This document shows positions 35,795 to 62,973 of a stretch of DNA of 64,000 nt, in pieces (positions within the stretch are counted from its first letter, which is position 1; each line of letters begins with the position of its first letter). This DNA is from Botryllus schlosseri (taxonomy: Eukaryota). The notes under the pieces are model-generated. The model was not told the origin of the DNA, did not search any database, and saw only the letters and a list, made by a program, of their open reading frames with translations. The stretch covers positions 8,742,001-8,806,000 of the forward strand of contig CM119378.1 in the NCBI GenBank assembly GCA_051294905.1, given 5' to 3'. The position numbers and the translations under genes were made by a program.

Positions 35795-36052
35795 TTTTTT
35801 TCCCTGAATTGCTGCATTGTTTATTATGAACTGCTGCTTACCGCTGGTCACGGGACAGTAAGTAATTGTTGGTATTACACTGTATTACGTTATTGAGCTG
35901 GCAGTAGATCGACAGTTCTTGACGTTACCGAACAGTCTACGATCCGGATCCCTACGAGTTTTTCGTTGCATACGAGGTAAGTGGACAGAACAGCAGCGTA
36001 AAAATTATTCTGCTGGTGCTGACTGCCGGATTCCGAACATCCCTCCGAATTG

Positions 36053-38155
36053 ATGGCTATTGGTGTTGGAATGAATCGAGAAAGGTGGATACTGTTCACA
36101 CTATGCCTTTTACAGGCAACTCCAGCGAGTAATGCTGCAGAAAACAGCAATGAAAGACATACAAAAGACTCTGAAGTTATGCTTGTATTTATTGCTCTGC
36201 TGGTTCTCACAATAATAACGACTTTCGCATTTCGATTTCGAAGCTTGCGATATTTTCATGAAACAGGACTCGCCATAGTTTATGGCTTGATCATTGGGGC
36301 CATACGGAGATACGGAGGTGTTACAGACTCAAACTCCAGCTTTTCTTGTAACTCGATTTCTGGTAATAACGTGAACAGAACTGATGAAGATGCTTACATT
36401 GTGAATCGTTCAGATCTAGGAGCGTTGTTCAAGTGTGAAAAGCCTAAGAATGTAGCAGACTTGATGTTGTTTGACCCGGAAGTATTTTTCAATTACTTGC
36501 TACCACCGATTATTTTCTATGCTGGCTACAGCTTGAAAAAGCGTCACTTTTTTCGTAATATCGGAACAATTCTGGCTTTCGCGTTTATTGGAACCACTAT
36601 TTCGACGCTTGTCATTTCTGGAATTACTTTCGGCTTCATTAGAATCGCGGAATCGACCGGTTTGGAGACATATCAAATAGAATATATTGATTGCTTGACG
36701 TTTGGGGCATTGGTGTCCGCAACTGATCCTGTGACTGTATTAGCTGTGTTCAAAGAGCTAAAAGTGGATGTGAATTTAGACGCGTTTCTGTTTGGTGAGA
36801 GCGTTTTGAATGATGCAGTAGCACTGGTCCTCGTTGGTACTATCCAGCATTACAACAATAAAATCGTTAATACTGAACTTCTCGTGGATGGACAACGGCA
36901 ATTCAATGCTCAAGCTTTTTTCGCCTCGTTGGGAGAATTCGTTGGTGTGTTTCTTGGTTCGTTTGCTATTGGATGTTGCGTCTCGTTTGTGAATTCACTC
37001 TTCACCAAGTTCACCAAAATCGGTCACTTTCCTGTTATGGAAACCGGGATATTTTTTCTTCTGTCGTGGTCTGCATTTCTTATAGCAGAAGCTGTTGAAT
37101 TTACCGGGATTGTGGCAGTTTTGTTCTGTGGCATCACCCAGGCACATTACACCTACAATAACTTGTCCTCGGAATCAAAGATAAGAACTAGACAGTTGTT
37201 CGAGGTCTTGAACTTCCTGGCTGAAAACTTCATTTTTGGATACATGGGGGTTGCTATGTTCGTATTCGAACACCATATTTGGATGCCACTGTTTATCGTC
37301 GGTGCATTTATTGCTTTGGTGGTGTCGCGAGCGTGTAACATATACCCTCTAACATTCCTACTCAATCTTGGGCGAAAAAGGAAAATCCCTGCAAACATCC
37401 AGCATATGATGATGTTTTCTGGATTACGTGGTGCAATAGCGTTCGCGCTAGCGATCAAGCAAACTACATCGGACCCGCAAAAAGTAATATTTACGACAAC
37501 ATTGCTTATTGTATTTGTGACGGTCTGGATTTTGGGTGGCACCACAACGCAAGTACTGATGTTTTTGGGGATCAAAGTCGGGGTCGACCCCGACGCACCG
37601 GATGACACAGCCGTGACTAATGAATCGGTCAGGCAAGACACTGACCCTGTGTCTCAAACTCCGAACACGTCGCCAGTGCAGAAATATAAAGACAGTGCGT
37701 GGATGTTCAAGCGCTGGTACAAGTTTGACAAATATTACTTGAAACCATTTTTAACTCATGCCGGCCCTCCGCTGACTACAACACTACCGGATTGCTGCAG
37801 GCCGTGCGCTAATTGTTTCACTACGCAAACTGCATATCTCTCTCAGAGAAATGTTCAAGATAGCGATTCCGAATTCATCCTTAATGAAGACTATGCAGCG
37901 AAAAATGAAAGCCATCTAATGCCTGCCTCTCCCATTGATAGCACGTCTAGTCTGAATGCTAAAACTGACACCGTGGGAGAGAATGTTGCGATATTGACCG
38001 GAAGCAAGGTTGGATCAAACAATTCCCCGAACAGCAACAATAATCATCGTGGGGAAACGTCGAATTTTCAAGGAGGGAGTCCAACGACGTCGGCCTCATT
38101 AACTGTAGTTGATGTCGCTGAAGGCGAATATCCTATGGATCAGATACCGTTGTGA
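36053..38155 (+). CDS. Endosomal Na+/H+ exchanger of the SLC9A6/7/9 (NHE6/7/9) group, single-exon CDS, ~700 aa
   Basis: Motifs HETGLAIVYGL, FDPEVFFNYLLPPIIFYAGYSLKKRHFFRNIG, FGALVSATDPVTVLA, FGESVLNDAVA and SGLRGAIAFALA. The C-tail WYKFDKYYLKPFLTHAGPPLTTTLP is characteristic of the NHE6/7/9 clade. The first ATG is at 36053; the ORF track starts one codon earlier at TTG. Confidence 0.95.
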   Translation: MAIGVGMNRERWILFTLCLLQATPASNAAENSNERHTKDSEVMLVFIALLVLTIITTFAFRFRSLRYFHETGLAIVYGLIIGAIRRYGGVTDSNSSFSCNSISGNNVNRTDEDAYIVNRSDLGALFKCEKPKNVADLMLFDPEVFFNYLLPPIIFYAGYSLKKRHFFRNIGTILAFAFIGTTISTLVISGITFGFIRIAESTGLETYQIEYIDCLTFGALVSATDPVTVLAVFKELKVDVNLDAFLFGESVLNDAVALVLVGTIQHYNNKIVNTELLVDGQRQFNAQAFFASLGEFVGVFLGSFAIGCCVSFVNSLFTKFTKIGHFPVMETGIFFLLSWSAFLIAEAVEFTGIVAVLFCGITQAHYTYNNLSSESKIRTRQLFEVLNFLAENFIFGYMGVAMFVFEHHIWMPLFIVGAFIALVVSRACNIYPLTFLLNLGRKRKIPANIQHMMMFSGLRGAIAFALAIKQTTSDPQKVIFTTTLLIVFVTVWILGGTTTQVLMFLGIKVGVDPDAPDDTAVTNESVRQDTDPVSQTPNTSPVQKYKDSAWMFKRWYKFDKYYLKPFLTHAGPPLTTTLPDCCRPCANCFTTQTAYLSQRNVQDSDSEFILNEDYAAKNESHLMPASPIDSTSSLNAKTDTVGENVAILTGSKVGSNNSPNSNNNHRGETSNFQGGSPTTSASLTVVDVAEGEYPMDQIPL

Positions 38156-41100
38156 ATTTCCAAAGTTACAATAACTGACTCGTTATGATGCGACAATCTG
38201 CGGTGGTTCAATAGTATACACCTGAGGAGTTTACCTGTAATTTTTCTATTTATGTGAATTGCAACTTTGTAAGGCAGCTTGGTCCTACATTACGAAAGCA
38301 CGTACTAAAGTAGTAGTATGTAGTAGTAGTTGTATGTAGCAGTACTTGCATGCAGCAGTTGCACGTGTTAAACAATTTGTCACAACTACACTTAGATCTT
38401 GCAAATCGTTCGCAATATGATTTCAGACTAATCTTAACTTAGCATTTCCGTTAATGTTTAATCAGTTATTGTATTTATATAGCATATATTGTAATATTGT
38501 ATAGGAGAGCATATGCACCATAAATCGCAAGGTGTAGCAATATCTGATCAAATATCTCAAACGCACACACACAGTAGCGTATGGAGCAAATTATAGTGCG
38601 TTGTTTACATTGGTAGGCTGTCATTATCTGTGCTCCATATTTTCAATATATGGATGACCGTTTTGTTTCCATGCTGTTCCAGTTCCTTTGTATTTGATTC
38701 CATACCACACATTCAACATCCATGCTAGAGATTTGTATTGTATTTGTACTGTAAACCACTAACCCTAAGTTTCCTTGACCCTTTCTCATGTAGCAAGTGG
38801 TGAATATACGTTTCTAATTAGATTTGTTGATAGCCTATTGTATATTACTTTCTGATATAGTATACTTGAATTTTCTTTCTAATGGATTTATACCTGATGT
38901 ATATGAGCATATCAATTATTCGCTAATATGCTTTATCACCATTGAAATAGCCACATATTGCTATAATATGTATCGACTACACGACAAATGCAAAAAAACG
39001 TTAAATCCGTCTAGAACCTCTTGATGGATGTGGTACTTGAATTAATCAGCTGCTGCCCACTGAATGGTTTGCAGTGGTTTATTGGAACGATCTCCCGTCA
39101 ATGCTTTATTTTTTGTATTGGCAGTTGCATATTGAATAGGCCTAACCGAAACAACACTAGTGCGTGTTATATGTCTGCTTCTGTTAACTTGTCTGCAGTT
39201 GGGCTAAATTCGACCGGTTAGGTTATAATGTATCTGACTATCTCGGTGATTCACCAGGTATCAAGCATCTCGAAAATTTTTGGTTGAGAATGTATAGGTT
39301 TTGACCGAAATCACAACTAATTCGGTAGCAGTAGAAGAGTTTCATCTTGGGGTAATTTCCCCTCTGTTGTCTATATGTGAGAAAGTCTACTATTGGAAGT
39401 TTAATCAAAAATGATAGAATGTAAAAATGCCACTATGTCCATTCATTTTATCGTATTTTATCTTCTCTGGTGTAGATTTGTATCATTTATGTAACCTGTA
39501 ATTCCATTCTCCACAATAACAGCTAGTATTGGTGTCGATATTAGTGGTTTATCTCGGCATATAGCACTATACCAAAAGTCACTATTGTGTCTATAAGAGT
39601 TTAGCATTTACTTGCATTATTTCTTTAAATGAACTCATAGTCAATTATTGTGCTCGAGTATGATTTACATTGAGCAAATTTTTCATGATAGTGCGCTATG
39701 ATCATTCACACAAGTTTTATTTCTACTTATTCCTGTTTCTACCTTTCGAATATCGGTGTTGCATTTGTGTATTTCATGTTTTGTTTGTAAGCGCGTGTCG
39801 CATGTAACATATTGCAACAAACAATCATCGTTGCCTTCTGATTTAGTCCTTATTATATGATGAATATATTCTTTCCAGCAGACTTAGGTATAGCAATAGA
39901 CTATTATGCACACCGGATACTACAGATGAGAATTCTTGACATCATGAACGATGTGAATGTTACAACGTATCACTTTATGTAAAAATGAAGTATGTTGCTG
40001 CACAGGTATCAATTAGGCCTATATTATGCATGGATGCTAGTTCAAGTGGTGCAATTCATGTAATATTGATTAAATGCCACTGAATTTTTTGCTCGCATAA
40101 GGTCATCAAACATGGTGCACTATCAATTAAATTTCCGATAATTGTCTTGATGAAGTATCTACAACCCTAGTTAATAGGAATGGAATGAGCCATGTAAAGT
40201 TAGGTGTTGTGTGTTCATGTTCAATCAAGTAGGCGCAAGAAAGAGGAAATCGATTATTAGTTGTATTATACTATATACACATCAACTGACCTCTGATTTG
40301 TTTTGTTATGTATATATGATGTCAATTGGATAACTCCTTGTGGTAGGAACAGAAATTATAGTAATATGAGGAAATGAGTCAAGTCACATCATTAGTTCAA
40401 TTCTATGAATTTCTTGTTCAAATCTTGATTGTTTTGTTAGGGTTGTGATTGTGATGTATGGGATGGGGACAATTGGAGTAAAAAGGGGTTGGAACCACTG
40501 ATATAGGCAGTTGATCGCGACAAGTTATTTCCGGCTTAATTTGGTTCTTTATTAATCTTTCTGCTAACAACTCTAAGTTGATTGCTAGACCAGGGAAGTT
40601 AATTGCCTTACAGACACTATTTGAGTCATTGCGTAGAACCTCTCATGTCATGCCCTGACTGCATCTAAAGGAGCTTCTTAAGTTACTAAACTAATGACTA
40701 GATTCAAATATTTTCTTGAGTTATCAAATTGGTGACTCGATTCAGATATTCGGCCTACTGATTATTACATCAGTTGAATTGATAGTCGCCCATGTTTCGA
40801 AACTAAAGGCATATCGCCTACGTCAAGTTCACTTTGATGAATTGTGGTTCAGCACTGTTTAGTAAGCTATGCAGCAGGGCTGGCCAGTCTAGTTAGAGAG
40901 TCATGTGCTGCTCTTTAAGGCCCTTGGCATTGAAATTTTGATTTGTTTTTCGACTCTTTTGACATCGTTTATCCACTTGAGTTTGAAACCAAATGTTTCT
41001 CAAACGCTTCGTTCCTGCGTATATGTATGTGATTGCTAAACTGACGGATAGTATACTGTCCCAAAAGTGCTCTACCCAAGCCTTTTGTGGCAGTGCCATG

Positions 41101-42062
41101 CAGGGCATAGTGCGATAATAAACTGAAAATTCAGAGCGGGGTCGTTGCCTCATTGGTTGATAGGTAATCAGAATCACTAATCATAATCAAGACTTATTGC
41201 ACCTAATTGATGGAGTCTACTGTGCGCAATAAAATCGTATTTTTAGTTGGAAAACACTGATTTCATAACAAGATATGCACATTTGCGTAATGGCAGGCTC
41301 TTTGCAGAGTCGATTATTGTAGCCTCGACATCATAATCCTGTTGGAATTATTTTTGCCCCTAAGAATATCCAGCTGTCAGTGGCCTGGGTTTGCAAAGAG
41401 ATGATGCGCTGTTTTGTTGTGGCCATTGGCCATTGGAACTCTTGTGGTAACACAGTAGAAATGTAGTTCTTGAGCCATTAGTAGTTTGGTACCCCTGTCA
41501 TGCAGATTATTGTTATTTGTTAGCGCCAACCGCAAATAGGAAATTTATTATCTCTGTTCATTGAAGTGTAGCCTGCTATTGGATTTTGTGATGAACTGAC
41601 AAATTTATCATTTCAACATCCGATCTTCAAAATGCTTATCTCATTTGTATAGTATACACAGTGGTATGCCTGCAAGATCTGTTATTCATGCTGAGGGTGT
41701 CGGGTGACGCCATTTCCATATCAAATACAGAAAAAATGATATTTCTTGGTTCAATGCCTAACACGATTTTAGTCTGTATCCCGAGAGGCTGAGGCAACTG
41801 ATTTAATTATGGTGCGGTGTTCAATCAAATTTCGAGACTCTTCTCGGTTTCTACTCGTTTCTGTATAATGAAGTCATCTCAATGTGTGGGTTGGAAAATC
41901 TCTACTGGAAGGGCAGACCAATGATGTAGTTCGCTTGATCAATAAACATAAATGGTAATATTAAATGTCTTTACACTGATCGTCCTGAAATGGCCCGGTA
42001 AGAACTAAATTACACACATAGATTCCCCTTAACCTTCTCTGACTGATCTTGTTGCAGACATA

Positions 42063-43565
42063 ATGACGCAGTATACCATAGTAGAAAAGGTGCCCGATCA
42101 CATGTACTACCATTGCGGGTACTGCGAGTCGTCACTGGCTTGTGCCAAAGGACTCTGGGCGCACACAATGAACGCTGTGGACTACCAAGCCTTGATCGAC
42201 AGGGGCTGGAGACGGAGCGGCAAGTATTGCTACAAGCCGATAATGAATAAAACATGCTGTCCGCAATACACGATTCGCTGTGGCATTCTCGATTTTAAGC
42301 CAACAAAATCCAAGAGAAAGGTGATCAAGAAAATGAGGGACTTTTTGATGACGGAAGGCGACGAGGCCTTGAACAAGTGGAAAGCGAAGCATCAAGATGG
42401 TGGTCGGTCTCAGTCTGCGTCAAACGAAGTGCTCCATAAAACTCCTGAAACAGATGCGAGTCCTATGGAAACTATTGACAGTAAGTGTGTAGCGTCTCGC
42501 GCAATGAAAGAAATATCGAAGGGTGCTGGTCCCGACCCAAGCAAGCCGAGGCGCGTGAAAGCAAAAGTTATGCGTCAGGAAAGAAGTAAAAGCAAAAAAA
42601 CTGAGATGGCTTCTGGTGACTCGTCTACCTCAAGCTCATCTTCCTTTAGTTCATCATCATCCGAACTCATGTTACCCCACAATGTTGCCGATGCAGATTT
42701 TAAAAGGAAATTGGAAGTTAGGACGGTGCGTGCTTGCGTAGAGGATAGCGAATTCCAAAAGTATAGACCCGAGTCATTTTCTGTGTACAGAAAATATCAA
42801 ACCGTGATCCACGGAGACGAGCCAGACGAATGCACGGAAAAGCAGTGGATTCGGTTTTTGGTCGACTGCCCGCTCAACCGCGACTCGGACGGCCCGGGAC
42901 CGGGCTATGGGAATTACCACCAACACTACGTTCTCGACGGAAAGATCGTCGCCGTCGGCGTGATTGATATTTTGCCGAATTGCGTCTCGTCGGTGTATCT
43001 TTACTACGACCCGGATTACGGTTTTTTATCGATGGGCGTGTATACCGCGTTGAGCGAGATTGCTTTCTCGCGATCTCTGCACTCGCAGTCTGCGCAGCTG
43101 AAATATTATTATATGGGATTCTACATTCACAACTGTCAAAAAATGAGATATAAGAGAGAATATCCGCCGTCGTATCTTCTCTGCCCGGAAACGTACGATT
43201 GGGTTCCCGTACAATTATGTTTGGACACACTCGACAAGACAAAATATGCCAGATTGAACGTTTTAAATGGGGGCTCTACTACAACCGGCGACCCTGAAAG
43301 AGGAAGCCGTTCTGACGTTGATAACATAGCCGTGCTTTATCAGCGTGGCATAACCACGTACTTCCAGTATGCCAGATATAAGTATCCGCTTGTGAGTTCT
43401 TGTGAAGGGGAAGACAATTCAAATAGAGATAACGTTGAAAGCCAAAGAAAAAGGTGGCAATTACATAGTATGAAGGCTGAATTATCTGATTTGGAGGACT
43501 ATGTAGCTTCGGTCGGTACCAGTTGTGCATCCAGGATGCTGTTGCACAGAGCAACGCGAGACTGA
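42063..43565 (+). CDS. ATE1: Arginyl-tRNA--protein transferase 1, conserved CDS in a single exon, 500 aa
   Basis: N-domain CGYC…YQALIDRGWRRSGKYCYKP…CCPQYTIRC and C-domain HQHYVLDGKIVAVGVIDILPNCVSSVYLYYDPDY…YYYMGFYIHNCQKMRYK. An upstream in-frame exon (41952-41997) is possible; see findings. Confidence 0.95.
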   Translation: MTQYTIVEKVPDHMYYHCGYCESSLACAKGLWAHTMNAVDYQALIDRGWRRSGKYCYKPIMNKTCCPQYTIRCGILDFKPTKSKRKVIKKMRDFLMTEGDEALNKWKAKHQDGGRSQSASNEVLHKTPETDASPMETIDSKCVASRAMKEISKGAGPDPSKPRRVKAKVMRQERSKSKKTEMASGDSSTSSSSSFSSSSSELMLPHNVADADFKRKLEVRTVRACVEDSEFQKYRPESFSVYRKYQTVIHGDEPDECTEKQWIRFLVDCPLNRDSDGPGPGYGNYHQHYVLDGKIVAVGVIDILPNCVSSVYLYYDPDYGFLSMGVYTALSEIAFSRSLHSQSAQLKYYYMGFYIHNCQKMRYKREYPPSYLLCPETYDWVPVQLCLDTLDKTKYARLNVLNGGSTTTGDPERGSRSDVDNIAVLYQRGITTYFQYARYKYPLVSSCEGEDNSNRDNVESQRKRWQLHSMKAELSDLEDYVASVGTSCASRMLLHRATRD

Positions 43566-44556
43566 CCTTCACTCTCGTGTGACCTTGTTTTGTTTTTGTA
43601 ATGAGTCGCATTCTGTCGATAAATATTCGGTTACTGTTTTATAGCATTGTCTTCTTCAAAAGGTATTTTGTTTTCTAAAACAAAATACCTCGACAAGTGT
43701 ACTGTTTATTCGTCCAAGACAAATAGATATCTCATTGCAATGGGTATGAGCATGTTGATGATGTCCTAGACTGTCATCCACAAGTAACTATTGTATCTCT
43801 CATCACCCGTTTAATACTGCATTTTAAAGGGTGGCAAGCTTTGTTATTTTCAACATTAGGAGTATCCAGTAGACAGGCACAATTTCCCATGCTTAACAGG
43901 CACATACACACATATATATTATATATATATAATATCGGATCTGCAGAGGTATATCTACGTATAAATATGCTGTGTTAGTGTTAATGACACTCTCGCACGC
44001 ACATTTTCTCAATTTTATTTATTGACTTAACACTGTAATTTCTTGCGTAAATCTAATACGTTTTGGTTCTGTGTGAAAGTATCAACTCTTTTTTACATGT
44101 CTGTCTCATCCATTCAAGTAATTTATCCAATTTGCAAATAACTTGCTCCCATGCTGTAACTGATTTAGGTTTTGAGTTGTGGAGCATTAGTGTCACGTGC
44201 TTGGTTTACAGTGCAACGGTCATCAATATATTCATAATTGGGTAATCGGACGTGCATGTTATGCGAAACGCAGTGCCAAGAATTTTTTCCAACAACTTCA
44301 TGGTAATTATTCAATGTAACCGAATCTGAATGACTCTAATCAAGTGCTGGTCAAGTGTTGCGAGTTTTGCTGTACATTAGGCGTGTAGAAATATGCAATT
44401 TCTGTGAATCAATTTGATTGTAACCCTTCTCCATGCCTCATTTGTTGCAGTCTTTAAAGTCATCATGCTCATATTATAAAGCGGGATATGGCCTGTCCCT
44501 GATACTGCAGAACCTGAATATCCCACGTTAGTGGACGCATATTTATTTTGTCGAGG

Positions 44557-45435
44557 ATGTGTGACGCAAAGCCTACCAGCCGCTGGCGGAAGGTGCTGTA
44601 TGAAGATCAGAATGTTCCGGACAACTATGTGGACAAATCTTTTTTGACCGAAATGCGTAAAAACATCTACATCAGGTCGTATAAATACTGGGATCTTGTC
44701 CAACAGACTTCTGTGATCGCGCAGCAGCTTTGTATGGTGAGCTTCCTCGTAGTAGCCTGGTGGGCACTGGATGGTGGATTGCTCACTCCAAGTAATTTTC
44801 TCTGTCTTATATTGCCTTTATCGTTTACTGGCTTCGGAGCTCATATACTTTTAAAGAGAGAAGAGCAGTTTTCGAGATTATGCAGCAGCGTAAAGTCCGC
44901 GATTGTTGTGCTTTGCCTCACAGATTTTTCGTCACCTATTTTGAAGACCCTAACCCACACCATCAGCACCGATACAATCTATGCAATGAGTGTTGTGATG
45001 GTTATTGGGCATTTGTTGCTTCATGATTACAGGCTTGGCGGAGCCATAATTTCAAGGGCTTTGTCACTGAATATGTCGATATTTGCATCTGTGTGTCTTG
45101 CCTCCCGACTGGAGTCGTCTGAACATGTATTTTCGTTCGTAATATTCGCACTTCTGCTGTTCGGGTTCTGGCCCATGCTACAAAGAGATCTTAGGAGGCA
45201 TATACCATGGATAATGGGACCGTTGACTTGTTTGCTCTGTCTCGTTTCATTCATTTTGCTTGTATTTGTGCATATATCTGTTGGTATAGTCTTCCTGGGC
45301 CTTGTCGGTTTTGTCAGTTTTGTATGTCCAAAGCATTTAATGTCCCTCGAGCCTCATAAAAATAATATATACGGTCCATGGGATGAGGCGGTTATAACCA
45401 CTGATGAGTCCGAAGGCAAAAATAAAAACGATTGA
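44557..45435 (+). CDS. PIGC: Phosphatidylinositol N-acetylglucosaminyltransferase subunit C (GPI2), single exon
   Basis: WRKVLYEDQNVPDNYVDKSFL, SPILKTLTHTISTDTIYAMS, LSLNMSIFASVCLASRL and KNNIYGPWDEA. First ATG at 44557. Confidence 0.95.
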   Translation: MCDAKPTSRWRKVLYEDQNVPDNYVDKSFLTEMRKNIYIRSYKYWDLVQQTSVIAQQLCMVSFLVVAWWALDGGLLTPSNFLCLILPLSFTGFGAHILLKREEQFSRLCSSVKSAIVVLCLTDFSSPILKTLTHTISTDTIYAMSVVMVIGHLLLHDYRLGGAIISRALSLNMSIFASVCLASRLESSEHVFSFVIFALLLFGFWPMLQRDLRRHIPWIMGPLTCLLCLVSFILLVFVHISVGIVFLGLVGFVSFVCPKHLMSLEPHKNNIYGPWDEAVITTDESEGKNKND

Positions 45436-45702
45436 ATCTGATGTTCTGCTGTGTCAGAGGTTTAGTATGAGATCTACTGGGATGAGTATTCAACTCCTCT
45501 TTTATAAGAGTCATTGTAGCAAAGTGGACACTTCCTAGTTTAAATGCGCTGTGAAATGAAGATGGAATCTGTATTTATGGGTCGTCAAAAGTTTATTCAT
45601 GTATAAATCAGCATCAGAAATGGTAGATGGCTGGATTTATGTAGGCGAAATCGTCAACACCCCTACAATTATTGTACTGTACAACAGTGTACATATTTGG
45701 GG

Positions 45703-46430
45703 CAGTGTTGGGATCGAGTCACTACCTTTGAGTCACGAGTCATTGAACATTTTGACTCGAGTCGAGTCAAGTCAATCGATTTTTAAAGGTGACCCGAGTC
45801 AAGTCATAATTCAAGTCGAAGTACGAGAAATAATTGTGTCATTGCATTTTGATAGCTGTTTGAAAGTGGCCATTTATTTGGAATCGAGATACGAATATAA
45901 GAGTTAAATACACAAGCAAAAAGATGCTGTAAGCCTATAGCTCACGAATGCGTAGTACCAAAATAGAGAATAGGAAACCTCAGAAAGTTGAAACGAATTG
46001 ATATGACACAATGCACTAGTCTCCTACACATCGGTGAGATACAATTTTAAGCCTGCGCCGATGGTTGACAAGTATATAAACTTATTAACTTGAAATTCGA
46101 TTCAAATCATACACAAGGTTTGGTTGAGGTGGGTACTGGGTACCAACCACAATGAGCATTCTATATAGAAAAGAGATATATACTTTGCCGTTAGACTACT
46201 TTACTACTAGTTTACGAGCTCCGATCACTTTGTTTACGGTCAATTCATTTGTGATCTAGCAATGGAGGCTCAGTAAAACGCGAAGTCATTGAGTGATTGC
46301 TCACTCCCACAGGTCACACCAGCGTATCGAGAACAATCAAAATCTATGCAAGATCAGCCATTTTTATCGACACCGTTACTGATGACTTGAAATTGACTCG
46401 TAAATTCCGCTCTGAGCCACGAGTCCGCAG
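45703..46430. mobile_element. Second copy of the CAGTGTTGGGAT/GACTCGAGTC element, right end missing, without the nested MITE
   Basis: Collinear similarity to 3715-4800, including gcctgcgcc, caatggaggctcagtaaaacgc and tttttatcgacaccg. Confidence 0.8.
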
Positions 46431-46599
46431 TCGGAGGTTATTCTTGGCTCATTATCCCCGCTGTAAAGACAGCGACAAAAATGCCCGATAAGGAATGAAA
46501 GAAAGATAAGAGCGACACCTTCCTATTCTTTCATTGTATCGCAGTTTTGTGGTGTTTTGAAATGATGAAAATATTATTAAACTGATACTGACACTGATA

Positions 46600-46830
46600 G
46601 GACCGACGAACAAAGATTAACATCGAAAAGACTGTGACACCAGGTACTGGCCGATGTGGATGCCATACAGATCAAGAGACCGCGACTGCTGGTCGTTTCG
46701 ACATCTTTCTGTCACTTCATTACATCACACTATTGCGTCCTGCATATCGCTTGGTACATTCTGTGAGTGTCTTGGGCGAATGAAAATATAATGTGCGGAT
46801 TCTTGATATTATTATAATCGGTAACTCTGA
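46600..46830 (+). repeat. Repeat related to the 3' part of SINE family 1 (possible partner LINE tail)
   Basis: ggtcgtttcgacatctttct…cattacatc…ggtacattc…gtcttgggcg resembles 8190-8280. Confidence 0.45.
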
Positions 46831-47675
46831 TCTATCTCTTCAAGAATCGAGAGACGGCGCTTGTACTAAGTTGTCAGTTATCTTATTGCATTTGTGCCAT
46901 CCATATTGCATCACCTAGGCACAGTGTGCGTGTTCGATTTCAAACACTATACTCATCCAAGTCGTTTCGACACCTTTCTTATCTACAAGAAAGCATGCAA
47001 ATGGAATAAGTAAGCCGTTCAATCGTAGGCCTAATCGCCGTTGCAAAACAAAGGAAGAAAGACTTCCAGATCAATAAATTTGCCCTTCTGGATGTTGATT
47101 TACGAAATCATTTCGGGTGCACGGAACTGAACCCCCACTATATTTTCAATTTCAGTAAACTGGATTCTTCTAAAAGTAGAGGTAAACTCAGAATTTACCT
47201 GAAATACTGCTTGAATGGCATAAGATGTACGGTACCATTTACCCCAAACAAAGATTTTGCAAATCTAATACGAAAATCACACTGTTTTAGGCATCAGCCA
47301 TTCTCGTTTGCAAATGAATTTTTCATTTGGGACATTTGTGCCTTGGTGGCGTCAATGATACGCCCAGAGTTGTCGCTTCGGCGCCTTCGGTCCGGGTTCG
47401 GGCGGATAATGGTGAATGGATTTGGAAGTTGCGGTATAGGCCAAATGGATGTTATGCTAGTTTTCTTGTCGTTTTGTTAATATGTTGATTCAATATCAGG
47501 CAATTCGGTTAGGTATATCAACATTATTTTGAGTTTGGTTGCATACAACAGCGCAATCTGTCAAGACCTTCTCAGATTGGGCGCTGGATTTTACCAGTGC
47601 GACGGGCAGGGGAGATCGCAAAATTCCGTAACGAAGGAGGAATTTCCGAAGTTACCTTCATTGTAAACGCCGGCG

Positions 47676-62973
<15,298 letters not shown>

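Noticed and set aside
41585-41700. Possible C/D snoRNA (GTGATGA … CTGA)
   Set aside because: It has no terminal stem and no recognisable guide complementarity; such motifs arise by chance in AT-rich DNA.
37153-43611. Minus-strand ORFs inside NHE and ATE1 (37153, 37448, 42010, 42132, 42874, 43279)
   Set aside because: They are antisense to well-supported CDSs and have no independent coding evidence.
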